Origin: an uncultured Fibrobacteria bacterium
GTDB lineage: Bacteria; Fibrobacterota; Fibrobacteria; UBA11236
Reading direction: 5' to 3'
Assembly: GCA_963716395.1 (NCBI GenBank)
Contig: OY970309.1
Coordinates: forward strand, 2,720,001-2,784,000
Length of the DNA stretch: 64,000 nt
Positions within the stretch are counted from its first letter, which is position 1. Each line of letters starts with the position of its first letter. Under the pieces are notes generated by a model. It was not told where the DNA came from. It did no database searches and saw only the letters and a list, made by a program, of their open reading frames with translations. Below are positions 30,140 to 40,022 of the stretch, one piece after another. The position numbers were made by a program, and so were the translations under genes.

Positions 30140-31795
30140 ATGCCGTCGACGCCGCGCAAAGGCAAGTCTCGCACAGCGGCCGACGCGGACCCTGCCATCG
30201 TCGCTAACCCGTCCGCAGCCAGCTGGTATGTGGCGCGCGAAATCGCCTTGCCGACCGACGTCCCCGAAAGCCACCTGACGAGGGTATTGGCGCGCAGCCT
30301 GCGCGTGCCCGAGCGTTCCCTTGCGGGGCTGCGGGTGTTGCGCAAGTCGCTCGACGCACGGAAACGGCGCCCGGTGTGGCGCTACGCTTTGGAGTTTTCC
30401 TGCGCGGTGCCGGTGCGCCACCCGCTGGTGACGGCCGGTCCGCAGGCGCCGACTCGCGAAGCGGACGCGGCCGAACGGCCCTGGCCCGGACCCAAGGTGG
30501 CCGTGGTGGGCTGCGGTCCGGCGGGCCTGGCCGCGGCGCTGGGTCTGAGCCGCAAAGGCTATGCGGTCACGGTGTTCGAACAGGGCCGGCCCGTGGCCGA
30601 ACGCTTTCGTGATATTCGTCTTTTTATCAAACAAAATCAGTTCCACCCCCGATCCAATATTCTCTTCGGCGAAGGCGGGGCGGGCACTTTCAGCGACGGC
30701 AAGCTGACGGCCCGCTCGCGCAACCGTTATACCGACGCTTTCTTGCGCGAACTGGTGGCCTGTGGCGCCGATGCCGGCATTCTCACCTTTCACCATCCAC
30801 ATCTGGGAACCGACCGCCTGCAATTCGTGATCGACGCCTTCCGCCGGCGCTGCGAAGTGGCCGGCGCGGTGTTCCGCTTCGACACCGAAGTCACCGCTGT
30901 GCTGCTCGACGCGGGGCGTTGCGTCGGGGTCGCGGCCGGAAACAAGGAAGATCTCTTCGACGCCGTAGTGCTGGCGCCGGGTCTGTCGGCGCATTCTCTC
31001 TACCGCGCTTTGGCTGGAGCCGGCGTCGCCCTGGAGCGCAAAGGGTTCGCGGTGGGCGCGCGCGTGGAGCATCCGCAGGACTTCATCAACCACCGCCAAT
31101 TTGGAGATATCGATTCCAAAAATACAGGTGCGGCCGAATACTTTTTGACCTGGAAGGACGCCGATGCCGCGGCCTACTCCTTTTGCATGTGTCCGGGCGG
31201 CGTGGTCATTCCCTGCGCCGACGAACCCGAAGGCATCAGCACCAACGGGATGAGTTACTCCAACCGCGCGAGCGCCTTCGCCAACGCCGCCGTGGTCGTA
31301 CCCGTGCCGCCGGAGGCGCTGCCCGGCGGAGTGCTGGCGGGGCTCGATTACCAGCGCGATCTCGAACACCGGGCCTTTCGCCTGGCCGGCGGGAATTTTT
31401 CCTTTCCGGCGCAAACCGTGGCGGCTTTTGTCGACGGCCGCCGCGACACCGATCCCCTGCCGCGCACTTCGTTCCAAAAACCGCTGGCGCCCTGCGATTT
31501 GCGGTTGCTGTTCGACGCGCGGGTGACGCAAGCGCTGGTTCAGGCCTTTCGTGCTTTTGATCGCAAAATACCCGGATGGATTCGTCACGGCCTGCTCATC
31601 GCGCCCGAATCGCGCACCTCCGCGCCGGTGCGCCTGATGCGCCGGCCCGACACTTTGGAATCGGCCAACACCCCGGGGCTTTATCCCATCGGCGAAGGCG
31701 CGGGCTATGCCGGCGGCATCGTGTCTTCGGGGGCCGACGGCCTGCGCTTGGCCGCGCATGCGACAGCACGCGCGGCGACCGCCCATGCTGCTTGA
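30140..31795 (+). CDS. Uncharacterised FAD-dependent dehydrogenase (COG2509-like)
   Basis: GCGPAG, FGEGGAGTFSDGKL, SFCMCPGG, TNGMS, GEGAGYAGGIVSS. Confidence 0.88.
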   Translation: MPSTPRKGKSRTAADADPAIVANPSAASWYVAREIALPTDVPESHLTRVLARSLRVPERSLAGLRVLRKSLDARKRRPVWRYALEFSCAVPVRHPLVTAGPQAPTREADAAERPWPGPKVAVVGCGPAGLAAALGLSRKGYAVTVFEQGRPVAERFRDIRLFIKQNQFHPRSNILFGEGGAGTFSDGKLTARSRNRYTDAFLRELVACGADAGILTFHHPHLGTDRLQFVIDAFRRRCEVAGAVFRFDTEVTAVLLDAGRCVGVAAGNKEDLFDAVVLAPGLSAHSLYRALAGAGVALERKGFAVGARVEHPQDFINHRQFGDIDSKNTGAAEYFLTWKDADAAAYSFCMCPGGVVIPCADEPEGISTNGMSYSNRASAFANAAVVVPVPPEALPGGVLAGLDYQRDLEHRAFRLAGGNFSFPAQTVAAFVDGRRDTDPLPRTSFQKPLAPCDLRLLFDARVTQALVQAFRAFDRKIPGWIRHGLLIAPESRTSAPVRLMRRPDTLESANTPGLYPIGEGAGYAGGIVSSGADGLRLAAHATARAATAHAA

Positions 31796-32762
31796 AATCA
31801 CGATCGCGCCCAACGATGCGGGCCAACGCGTCGAACGGTTCCTGCGGCGTTACCTCTCCCACGTGGGATTGAGCCGATTGCAAGCGCTGTTCCGCCGCCG
31901 CGAAATCAAAATCGCCCGCCGGCCCGTGGAGCGGGGACGCATTGTGCAGGCCGGCGAGGTGCTGCAAGTTTATGGCCTGCGTCCGGAAGAAGCCGCAGGT
32001 CCGCCGCGCGAAAGTCCGGTTGCCCCGGTGCCGGTTCGGTTACCCATCGTGTTTGAAGACGAAGAGTTGCTGGTGATCGACAAACCGGCCGGCTGGGCCG
32101 CGCATCCCGGCACCGGCATCGCTCCGGGAGAATCGCTGATCGAGCGTGTGCAGGCCTATCTTGGCACGGATGCCAACCGGGGCGAATTGTTCCGCCCCGC
32201 ACTGGTGCATCGCCTCGACCGGGAAACTTCGGGCGTGATTCTGGTCGCCAAAACCGGGGTCGCCTTGCGGCGGCTGCACGCCGCGCTGCGGGAGGGGAAA
32301 ATCCGCAAACGGTATCTGGCTCTGGTGGCCGGGCATCCGCATCCTGAAGCCGGTGTGATCGACGATCCCCTGGAGCGCGTCGACAGCGCCGCGGGCGCGA
32401 AGTCGCGCATCGCCGTCGCCGATGACGAAAACAGCAAGACCGCCGTGACGCATTACCGCGTGGTGAAAAAGGCCGGAACCTATGCGTTACTCCAGGTTAT
32501 AATTGCAACCGGACGTATGCATCAAATCCGCGCGCATCTCGCGCATCGCGGCCATCCCGTGGCCGGCGACACGCGCTACGAACGCCCCGCGGCGGCACGC
32601 GCGCGCCGGCAGGCGTTGCGGTTGCCGCGTGTGTTTCTGCACGCCGAGGAAATCTCCTGGCGCGAAACCCAAGGCCGGCGCGTCTTTCGCGCCCCCCTGC
32701 CCGCGGACTTGCAGGCGGTGGTGCGCTGGTTGGAAAATGCCGCGGAGGCCGGGGCCGCATGA
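31785..32762 (+). CDS. RluA/RluC-family pseudouridine synthase
   Basis: N-terminal S4 domain, DKPAG, VHRLDRETSG, TGRMHQIRAHL, GD..Y, FLHA. Confidence 0.93.
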   Translation: MLLEITIAPNDAGQRVERFLRRYLSHVGLSRLQALFRRREIKIARRPVERGRIVQAGEVLQVYGLRPEEAAGPPRESPVAPVPVRLPIVFEDEELLVIDKPAGWAAHPGTGIAPGESLIERVQAYLGTDANRGELFRPALVHRLDRETSGVILVAKTGVALRRLHAALREGKIRKRYLALVAGHPHPEAGVIDDPLERVDSAAGAKSRIAVADDENSKTAVTHYRVVKKAGTYALLQVIIATGRMHQIRAHLAHRGHPVAGDTRYERPAAARARRQALRLPRVFLHAEEISWRETQGRRVFRAPLPADLQAVVRWLENAAEAGAA

Positions 32763-35497
32763 GCGAAACCAATCCGTTGCTGCCGCCTTCGTCGCGCTTC
32801 GAGCCCGGTGCGCGGCTGGGCAAATACATCATCTTGAACGAGATCGGGCACGGCGGCATGGCCGTGGTGTACAAGGCGCATCAATCCGACCTCGATCGCG
32901 TGGTGGCGGTCAAGGTGTTGTTCGGCACCATGCTGCAGCAGCGTTTCATCGACCGCTTCCAGGCCGAGGCGCGCGCCCTGGCCAAGATGAACCACCCCAA
33001 CGTCATCCGCATTTTCGAAGTGGGCGAGCAGAACGGGGTCTTCTATCTGGTGATGGAATACATCGCCGGCCAGGACCTGCTGCAATACCTGCACCAGCAC
33101 AAACCCAGCTTCGACGAGGTCATGGACATCGCCCTGCAACTCGCCGAAGCCCTGGCCTATTGCCACAAGCAGGGCGTGCTGCACCGCGATCTCAAACCCA
33201 CCAACATCCTCATGCATGAGCGCACCCCGGTGCTGATCGACTTCGGCCTGGCCAAATCCGTCGACCCGGATTTCGACGTCACCCTGACCCTGTCGGGCGA
33301 AGTGGTGGGTTCGCCGGCCTACATGTCGCCCGAGCAAGCGATGGGTCAGGCCGTGGGCGTGCTCTCTGACGTGTGCGCCTTGGGCATCATCCTGTACGAA
33401 TTGATCTCGTTCATCAATCCCTATCTCGACCCGCGTTCGCTGCATCAGACCGCCCTCAACGCCATCCGTTCCGAACCCGTGCCGCTGCGCTATCTCTGCC
33501 CGTGGGTCGACGCGGATTTCGCCGCCATCGTGGCCAAGGCCATGGTCAAGGAAACCGCCGATCGCTATCAGGATATGGATCAATTGCTCGGGGATTTGCA
33601 GGCCTTTCGCCTGGGGCAGCCCATTCTCGCCAAGCCACCGGGATGGTTGAAGACGGCGTGGCGCTTTATCCGCGCGAGCCCGGTGCTGTATCTCGGCGTC
33701 GCCTTCTTGCTGGCGCTGGGCGCGGTGGCAGGCGCTTTTCTGGTGCTCGAGAAAAAGAATCAGGAGGCGCCCTTCGGCCTGGTTTTCAGCCCGGCGTTTT
33801 CGCAGCCCGATTCCGGCGAGGAATTTCAATCCTTTGACTACAACGGCCGCTCCTGGATGCCTTCCTCCTCCTGGCGCGTGCGCAACGGACGGCTGGAAGG
33901 AACGTGCCGCGGACTGTGTTCGGCCGTCACGGATCAGGATTTTTTCGGCGACCTGCGCGTGGAGTTCACGGTGCAAGGCCTGCACGGTACGCGCGGAGAC
34001 TTCGACGCCTTTCTGCTCGGGCCCGACCCCGAAGATGCTTTTCGCTTCACTTTGGGCGAATGGGGCAGTTTGCGCGCCGGCATTGAGTTCGGTTCCTGGT
34101 CGCGTTTTCCCCATGGCGGCGCTTTGCTCAAGCTCAGTCCGGAAACGCCGTATCGCGTGACGCTGGAAAAGAGCGGCAACTATCTGCGTCTCTACGTCGA
34201 CGATACCTTGCGGGTGGAAAAGTTCTATTCCCTGCCGGTGAAAATCGAGCGCAACAGCAAAATCGGCTTCTATACCTGGAACGGCGAGGTGGCCGTATCC
34301 GGCCTGCGCGTCTATAAAAAAGCGGTGGCGCTGGCGGCCGGCCCCACGGTGGTGGCCGACGCCTACCAGGACGAAGGCTCGCTGCTCCACAGCATTCCCG
34401 CCTACCAGCATGTGATTGAGACCTATCCCGACCAGCCCGTGCGTTTCGAGGCCCATCTGAAAATGGGGAAGAGTTACATGGTGTTGGGCGACTTCGCCCG
34501 TGCGGAGCGGCAACTGACGATGGCGGCGGGCTCCACCGACCCGCAGCTTTTGCCCGAGGTGATTTTTCAGATGGCCGAATGCGACTTCAAAACCGGACAG
34601 GCTGCCGAAGGGTATGAGCGGCTGCGCCTTTTGCATTCCACGTATCCCGAATCCGACTTCAACCGCGGCGTCGTGGAATACCGGGTGCAGGCCGTGTACG
34701 ATTGTCTTGAGCATGCGGTCCGGCCCGCCGAATGCGTGCCGGGCTTCGAAGACGAGTTCCGCTTTTTGATCCGGAACGAAGATGCCTACCGCGCCCAATT
34801 CGGAACAGCCCATGCCGCCCTGCTCGACTTGTTCCGCCGCCTGGGCGTAGACGAAGCCTTGCAGAATGCGCCCGGCTTGCTGGCCTATTACGCGGGGATT
34901 CCCGAGGTATGCGCCTCACTGCGCCGCACCTTGGTACGCCGGGATATCGGGATGGGGAATCTTGCCGGTGCGCACTTGCTGCTCGACAGTGCTTCCCAGG
35001 ATGGGCCTGTCAGTCCCGCGGCTCTGGCCCGGAATGCTCTGCTCGCCGGCGAATTGCAGGTGCTGCAAGGCCGCGTCCACGAAGCGGGGCAAACCTTTTC
35101 GCGTTTGGGAGCCGAATTCGCCTCGGTGCCGGACATTCCTTTTGGCAGTTTGATCCAGGCCCAGGTCGCCCAAGCGCAAGCCGGCGAAACGCCTGCCTTG
35201 ATCGATAGCCGGTTGCTGGAAAACGATGCGGTATCCCGGCGCGAAGGCTGGTGGCTGGATTATTTGGATCACCGTATGTCTTCCGACAGTCTGCACGCTT
35301 TGTTGATCACCGCACCGGCCTCCGCTCCCGATTTGGAAGAAGTCCTGGCCGAGTACCTGCATCGCGGAGGCCCGGGCCCCGCGGGGCGGCAATATTTGCA
35401 ATCCATTCGGGCGTTGTTTCCGCCGCAGACGTTGGAAGCGGAGTATCTCGACTCTCTCCTGACCCACGGGCCGCAGCCCGCCGTTGAGGCGCCCTAA
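32759..35497 (+). CDS. Hanks-type Ser/Thr kinase with TM helix, beta-sandwich domain and TPR-like region
   Basis: GHGGMAVV, VAVK, HRDLKPTN, DFG, YMSPEQ; TM helix at ~aa 310-330; helical repeats C-terminally. Confidence 0.92.
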   Translation: MSETNPLLPPSSRFEPGARLGKYIILNEIGHGGMAVVYKAHQSDLDRVVAVKVLFGTMLQQRFIDRFQAEARALAKMNHPNVIRIFEVGEQNGVFYLVMEYIAGQDLLQYLHQHKPSFDEVMDIALQLAEALAYCHKQGVLHRDLKPTNILMHERTPVLIDFGLAKSVDPDFDVTLTLSGEVVGSPAYMSPEQAMGQAVGVLSDVCALGIILYELISFINPYLDPRSLHQTALNAIRSEPVPLRYLCPWVDADFAAIVAKAMVKETADRYQDMDQLLGDLQAFRLGQPILAKPPGWLKTAWRFIRASPVLYLGVAFLLALGAVAGAFLVLEKKNQEAPFGLVFSPAFSQPDSGEEFQSFDYNGRSWMPSSSWRVRNGRLEGTCRGLCSAVTDQDFFGDLRVEFTVQGLHGTRGDFDAFLLGPDPEDAFRFTLGEWGSLRAGIEFGSWSRFPHGGALLKLSPETPYRVTLEKSGNYLRLYVDDTLRVEKFYSLPVKIERNSKIGFYTWNGEVAVSGLRVYKKAVALAAGPTVVADAYQDEGSLLHSIPAYQHVIETYPDQPVRFEAHLKMGKSYMVLGDFARAERQLTMAAGSTDPQLLPEVIFQMAECDFKTGQAAEGYERLRLLHSTYPESDFNRGVVEYRVQAVYDCLEHAVRPAECVPGFEDEFRFLIRNEDAYRAQFGTAHAALLDLFRRLGVDEALQNAPGLLAYYAGIPEVCASLRRTLVRRDIGMGNLAGAHLLLDSASQDGPVSPAALARNALLAGELQVLQGRVHEAGQTFSRLGAEFASVPDIPFGSLIQAQVAQAQAGETPALIDSRLLENDAVSRREGWWLDYLDHRMSSDSLHALLITAPASAPDLEEVLAEYLHRGGPGPAGRQYLQSIRALFPPQTLEAEYLDSLLTHGPQPAVEAP

Positions 35498-35499
35498 AC

Positions 35500-36297
35500 A
35501 TGCGTGTTACGATGGGAGCCTGGGGAACCTGGGTGGCCGTATTGGGGGTCGCGGCCTGTCACGTCGAACCACCCGTGGCCGCGTACCAACTGTCCCGCCC
35601 CGTGCGCGGCCGCTTGGCCATCGATTTCTCGGCCGCGCGCGCCGCAGGAGACAGCACCGCCTACCATGCGCGTACCGAAGCCTGGGTGCGACTCCGGCGC
35701 ATCGATACCGCCGGTCCGTTGGCGGTGGAGTTGGAGGTGGATTCCGCGACCTGCGTCAGCCCGGGACGCAGCCCGGCCGAGATCGCTTTTGTGCGCGCGG
35801 GCTTGGCCCATTATCACGCCACCTGGAGCATGGGTCGGCAAGGGCATGTGCTCGATTTGAGTGAAACGCCGGCCTTTCCGCCCGGCGAGTTTGGATTTCG
35901 CCTAGCGCCGCTGCTCACCGCGACCTTGCCGGTGTTTTTCCCGGCTTCCGCGCCGGATAGCGCGGCGATCGATTCGCAATCGCTGTTCGACCCGGCTTCA
36001 CAGCGCACTGCACGCGTACAAAGCGCGGCCGGGCCTGATCGCCGCATGCGTACCGGCGGCGTTGCGGGCGCCCGGCATGTGGTTCTGCGGTTGGCCGACA
36101 CCGGCAGCCAGGCCATCGAATTTACCGGCGACGAGCGCTTTCAATTCGACACCGCCGTGGGTTTCCCCACCCGGATGTCCTGCGATTTGAGTGGAACTTT
36201 GCCACCGGACTCGGCTTCGCACCTCGGATTGCGCATGGATTTGCAGATCGACTTTGAAGCGCTTGAGCCTGCCCCGTCTCGCGTCGAAGACCAATGA
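35500..36297 (+). CDS. Hypothetical lipoprotein
   Basis: Lipobox-like LGVAAC; starts 2 nt after the kinase stop. Confidence 0.65.
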   Translation: MRVTMGAWGTWVAVLGVAACHVEPPVAAYQLSRPVRGRLAIDFSAARAAGDSTAYHARTEAWVRLRRIDTAGPLAVELEVDSATCVSPGRSPAEIAFVRAGLAHYHATWSMGRQGHVLDLSETPAFPPGEFGFRLAPLLTATLPVFFPASAPDSAAIDSQSLFDPASQRTARVQSAAGPDRRMRTGGVAGARHVVLRLADTGSQAIEFTGDERFQFDTAVGFPTRMSCDLSGTLPPDSASHLGLRMDLQIDFEALEPAPSRVEDQ

Positions 36298-36388
36298 GGT
36301 GAAGAGCCCTTAAAATTCCGGCGTTCAAGCCGGCGGCGGGATCTCCTATATTTGCGCGGCGACCATCGCCACGGGGAGAACTTCAGCA

Positions 36389-37222
36389 TTGCCGACTTGG
36401 GAAAAAAGCGCGCAGACCTTCGCGATGCGGGGCCCCCCTTCGCCTGCGCCGGCGGAAAATCTTTTGGAAACGTTGTCCGGCTGGATGGAACCGCGCCACA
36501 CCTTGCTGCTGCGCGCGCTGGCCGAGGGTATGACCCAGCCTCCGCGCTTGCCCGGCGATGCCGTGCTGCTCTTGCAGTCGGGCAGCCAGTTCGCCGCCCT
36601 GCGCCGAGAAGTCAGCCTGCGTTTCGCCGAGTTTCGCGGCAAATGGAGCCCGCGCCTCGAAACCGCCGCGTTGTTGCCGTTGCTTCAGCGTAATCAATGG
36701 ATCGTGGCGTATGCGCAAGGGGGCGTGATGCTGGCCGGCAAAGGCGGCCGCAAAGAGGCCAGACTGTTGTATCTGCAAACCCTGCACGACATGGTTTCGG
36801 ACTGCGCCCGGCAATGGAGCGGCCTGGCGGGGCGATTGCACGCCAGCCAAGAGGCGTTGGCGCGCGCCTGGCAAGCACGGACGGCGTCCGGCAACGAAAC
36901 GCGCATGTTACCGGCGTTGGAGGCGACCCTGCACCACGCCGAGTATGAAGCCTGGAAGTCGGTTCGCCTGTCTTTGGGCCACCTCGCCGAAACCGCCTTC
37001 GTGGACGCCGTCAGCCCCTGGGAAGGGCGTGCCTTTGCGCGCCCGGAAACCCTGGTGCGCGATTTGCCTGCGCCCTGGCGTCGTTTCGACGGCGCCGCGA
37101 ACGGATTCATGGGCTTCATGCGCGCCGTGTCGCAACTATCCGAGGCTTTCGTTTCCGCCCTGATCGATCATTACGACGGCAAATGGGAGCTTTACCTCCG
37201 CGGTTTCGCGGAATCCACTTGA
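36389..37222 (+). CDS. Hypothetical helical protein, DUF3348-like (Zorya III accessory-like)
   Basis: Size, position and helical pattern (…LHASQEALARA…LPALEATL…AF) resemble the recalled DUF3348 consensus; start uncertain. Confidence 0.5.
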   Translation: MPTWEKSAQTFAMRGPPSPAPAENLLETLSGWMEPRHTLLLRALAEGMTQPPRLPGDAVLLLQSGSQFAALRREVSLRFAEFRGKWSPRLETAALLPLLQRNQWIVAYAQGGVMLAGKGGRKEARLLYLQTLHDMVSDCARQWSGLAGRLHASQEALARAWQARTASGNETRMLPALEATLHHAEYEAWKSVRLSLGHLAETAFVDAVSPWEGRAFARPETLVRDLPAPWRRFDGAANGFMGFMRAVSQLSEAFVSALIDHYDGKWELYLRGFAEST

Positions 37223-37240
37223 ACCACTTTCGGGGAACGC

Positions 37241-38635
37241 ATGGAATCATCGACTTCGCACGCGCCGGAGCGCAACCCTTTCGGAATCGGCATGGCCGGG
37301 GGCCTGGTTTTCAGCCTGGCCTGCTTTATTCTGGCGGCGCTGCGCCGGCCGCCGGATCTCTATTTGTTTGGGGGCGGCGCCGGATTGGTGGCCGCCGCCG
37401 TGTTGTGGTCCTGGCGCGGGGCTTTGGCACAGTTCCGCCAGGGTTGGGAAGACATGCGCTCCACCTTGGCGCGCCTCGAAGCGCCGGCCGCGGCTCCGGT
37501 CGTGGAGGCAACGCCGTCCGAGAATGCTGACGCCGAACAGCGCCACCGCGAGGCCTTCGAAAGCCGAACCCGGCAGTTGCGGCGTGCCCTGGAAGAAGGC
37601 TTGCAGGCCGGATTCGCGGCCCTGACGCCCGGTTTGTCACAAGGTTTGGAAACCGCCACCGCGCGCCTGGACGACGGCTTGAGAACGGAGCGCGAAGATC
37701 GCGCCCGGGAGATGCGCGAACTGCAAACAACCCTTGCGCAAAGTCAGGAAGCCTGGGCGCACTTGCAAGCCGCGCAGCGCGAGGCGCATCAGCACCTGTC
37801 CGAAACCCTCCAGACGGCGCTGGCGGGTCTGCAAACTTCGCAACGCGAAGCCGCGCAGGCGGCGGTCCGCGCCTGGGAAGAGTGGCGCGCGCAGGCGGCG
37901 GCCATCGGTCAGCCGATGGCAGAGCACGCCGTGCAATGGCAAGCCGCCGCCGATCGGGTGGATGCCGCCGTGGCCGCCTTGCCCGCGGCCGTGGCCGAGT
38001 TGTCCCGGGCTTTCCGACGCGAAGCCGATGCCGAATGGAACGCCCAGTTGCGCGGATTGGCCGAAGCTTGGGACAAGATGCTGCAGGCGGCGGAGGCGCA
38101 AAGCGAACGCAGCGCCGCGTCTATGACGGTCAGGATGGAAGCGCTCGCGGCGCAAAGCGAAACCGCGCCGGCGGCGGCGGCCGAACACTTGCGGGCGGCG
38201 GCGGAGCAGGCCCAAGCCTGGCTGGGCAGCCTGCAAGCGGCCGGGCAAAAACTGGAAGGCGCCTTTGCCGGCGCGCAGCGCTTCGGCGAGGAGGCGGCCG
38301 CACATCAAGCCGACCTCAAGGCGGTGGTGGAAATGTTGGAGCGCGGCATGACCGGCGTACTCGATCGCCTGCAAGCCTTGGGCTCCCTGGGTGAAGGCCA
38401 TGCGGCGCTGCTGGAAAAAATGCACGCCTCGGTGCGCCGCTTCGAGGAACGGGCCGCGGAATTGCTCGAGGAAAATTCCTTGAAAGCCCAAGAGGCCCTG
38501 CTCGAGGTGTTGGAACGAACCGCTCCGGCCCCCGCCGAAGATGCGCCCAACGGCGATCCGGATCTCCTCGGCGCCGCCGAAGACGAGGCGCGAGCAGGCG
38601 AAGCGGTCAAAAAGGCCGAAGCGCGTGGAGACTGA
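37241..38635 (+). CDS. Membrane-anchored coiled-coil protein, ZorA/DUF802-like
   Basis: Two N-terminal TM helices and a ~400-aa Ala/Gln/Glu helical tail; C-terminus FEERAAELLEENSLKAQEALLEVL resembles recalled type III ZorA YVAQAREVIDLS..SQKQI.E.L. Confidence 0.6.
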   Translation: MESSTSHAPERNPFGIGMAGGLVFSLACFILAALRRPPDLYLFGGGAGLVAAAVLWSWRGALAQFRQGWEDMRSTLARLEAPAAAPVVEATPSENADAEQRHREAFESRTRQLRRALEEGLQAGFAALTPGLSQGLETATARLDDGLRTEREDRAREMRELQTTLAQSQEAWAHLQAAQREAHQHLSETLQTALAGLQTSQREAAQAAVRAWEEWRAQAAAIGQPMAEHAVQWQAAADRVDAAVAALPAAVAELSRAFRREADAEWNAQLRGLAEAWDKMLQAAEAQSERSAASMTVRMEALAAQSETAPAAAAEHLRAAAEQAQAWLGSLQAAGQKLEGAFAGAQRFGEEAAAHQADLKAVVEMLERGMTGVLDRLQALGSLGEGHAALLEKMHASVRRFEERAAELLEENSLKAQEALLEVLERTAPAPAEDAPNGDPDLLGAAEDEARAGEAVKKAEARGD

Positions 38636-39239
38636 TTGGACCGCGTTGCGCGCATGCGTGCAGGCCGCGCCGGCCGACCTGCATCGACGCGTTTTCTTCG
38701 ATGCCTTGCTCCGTCGCGGAGAAGCCGCCCAAGCCGCCCAGCCCGCCGTGGCCCGGCATTGCCGCGACCGGGTCGAAGCTTTTTTGCAGCATACGGCCGG
38801 AACCTCGACAGCCCCGGCGGTCGCGGAACCCGGGGTAACCTCGCCGCTCGAAGGGTTGAAAAGCCGTTGGGAAGAGGCGTCCCGCCGCCGGGCCGTCGCG
38901 TTGCTGGACCGCCTGGGTCGACATTTGACTCCGGCGGAGCGCGCCGCCTACACGACCAGGGTGGCCGAAGCCCCGGCCCCCGCGCTGGCGCCGCTGCGGC
39001 GTCATCTCCAGGATCGACTGCTGCGCATTCTGGCCCGCCGGCGCGCCGGAAACCGCGAAGTTACCGGGTCGGTCGAAATCGAAGCCGGGGCGGGCCCTTA
39101 CAATGCCCGGGCCACGCTGGCGGCGGTCTGGAACCGGGTAGTCGCCGCCGATGCGGAGTGGTTGCGCGAGTGGGTGGCGCTATATGCGCGCATGCAGAAA
39201 ACTCTGCGGACCTTCGGCGCTTTGCGGCCCGAAGGGTAG
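38625..39239 (+). CDS. DUF2894-like protein
   Basis: GTG start overlaps the previous stop; SPLEGL and AGPYN...WL..W...Y..M motifs resemble recalled DUF2894 AGPLNS...YL..F..Y..TL. Confidence 0.6.
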   Translation: METDWTALRACVQAAPADLHRRVFFDALLRRGEAAQAAQPAVARHCRDRVEAFLQHTAGTSTAPAVAEPGVTSPLEGLKSRWEEASRRRAVALLDRLGRHLTPAERAAYTTRVAEAPAPALAPLRRHLQDRLLRILARRRAGNREVTGSVEIEAGAGPYNARATLAAVWNRVVAADAEWLREWVALYARMQKTLRTFGALRPEG

Positions 39240-39244
39240 ACGAA

Positions 39245-39994
39245 TTATCGGCTTTTGGCGGTGGGGATTCCCGAGCCGAGAAAAATGCCCGCGATGCCCT
39301 GGAATTTGCCGCCGAGGGTGAGGCCGCCCGGTCCGATGGCGTATTCCACGATATCTTTGTCGTGATCGCTGCCGCGCATTTTCAGAATCATCAGGCAGCG
39401 TTTGATCTCGGATTCCATTTCCAGGTAGCGCAGCAGAAAATAAGCGTCGACGATAAAGGGAATTTTGTTGGCGGCGGAGTTCCATTTGCCCAGGATGTTG
39501 GCATTCTCCTTGAGCAGAAGGCAGGTGGCCTCTTCGCGTTTTAACCCGTTCACCACCTCGGTTTCGATGGAGCGCAAATCGCCGACGTCGCGCGCCAGGC
39601 TTTCGAAATGCGTGATGCTGTCGACCACCACCCGGCGCGTGTTGTGCTCGCGCAGCAGCGACGCGATTTTGCCGTCGGCGTCTTCCAGGTCTTCCACGAA
39701 GTTTTCCGGTGAGGTGAACACCACCAGCAGCTTGCCTTCTTTCTGCAGTTGGCGCAAATCCCAGCCCAATTCGGCGGCGCAGTCGTAATACTGTTCGGGA
39801 AATTGCTCGAAGGCGAAAAGCATACCATGCTCGCCTTCGGCCACGCCTTGCAGGATGAATTGCAGCGCCAAGGTGGTCTTGCCGGTGCCGGCCGCGCCTT
39901 CGACGAGCACCGCCGATCCCGGCAGCAGTCCGCCGCGCAGCATGGCATCGAGACCGGCGCATCCGGTTTTCACGCGTTTGGTTTTGGTTTCCAC
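39245..39994 (-). CDS. Single-domain KaiC-like RecA-superfamily ATPase (COG0467-like)
   Basis: TGCAGLDAMLRGGL, GAAGTGKT, VVVDSIT, ILKMRGS. Confidence 0.88.
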   Translation of the reverse strand: METKTKRVKTGCAGLDAMLRGGLLPGSAVLVEGAAGTGKTTLALQFILQGVAEGEHGMLFAFEQFPEQYYDCAAELGWDLRQLQKEGKLLVVFTSPENFVEDLEDADGKIASLLREHNTRRVVVDSITHFESLARDVGDLRSIETEVVNGLKREEATCLLLKENANILGKWNSAANKIPFIVDAYFLLRYLEMESEIKRCLMILKMRGSDHDKDIVEYAIGPGGLTLGGKFQGIAGIFLGSGIPTAKSR

Positions 39995-40022
39995 GGATTT
40001 CCTTTCGGAGAAAAATGCGTGA

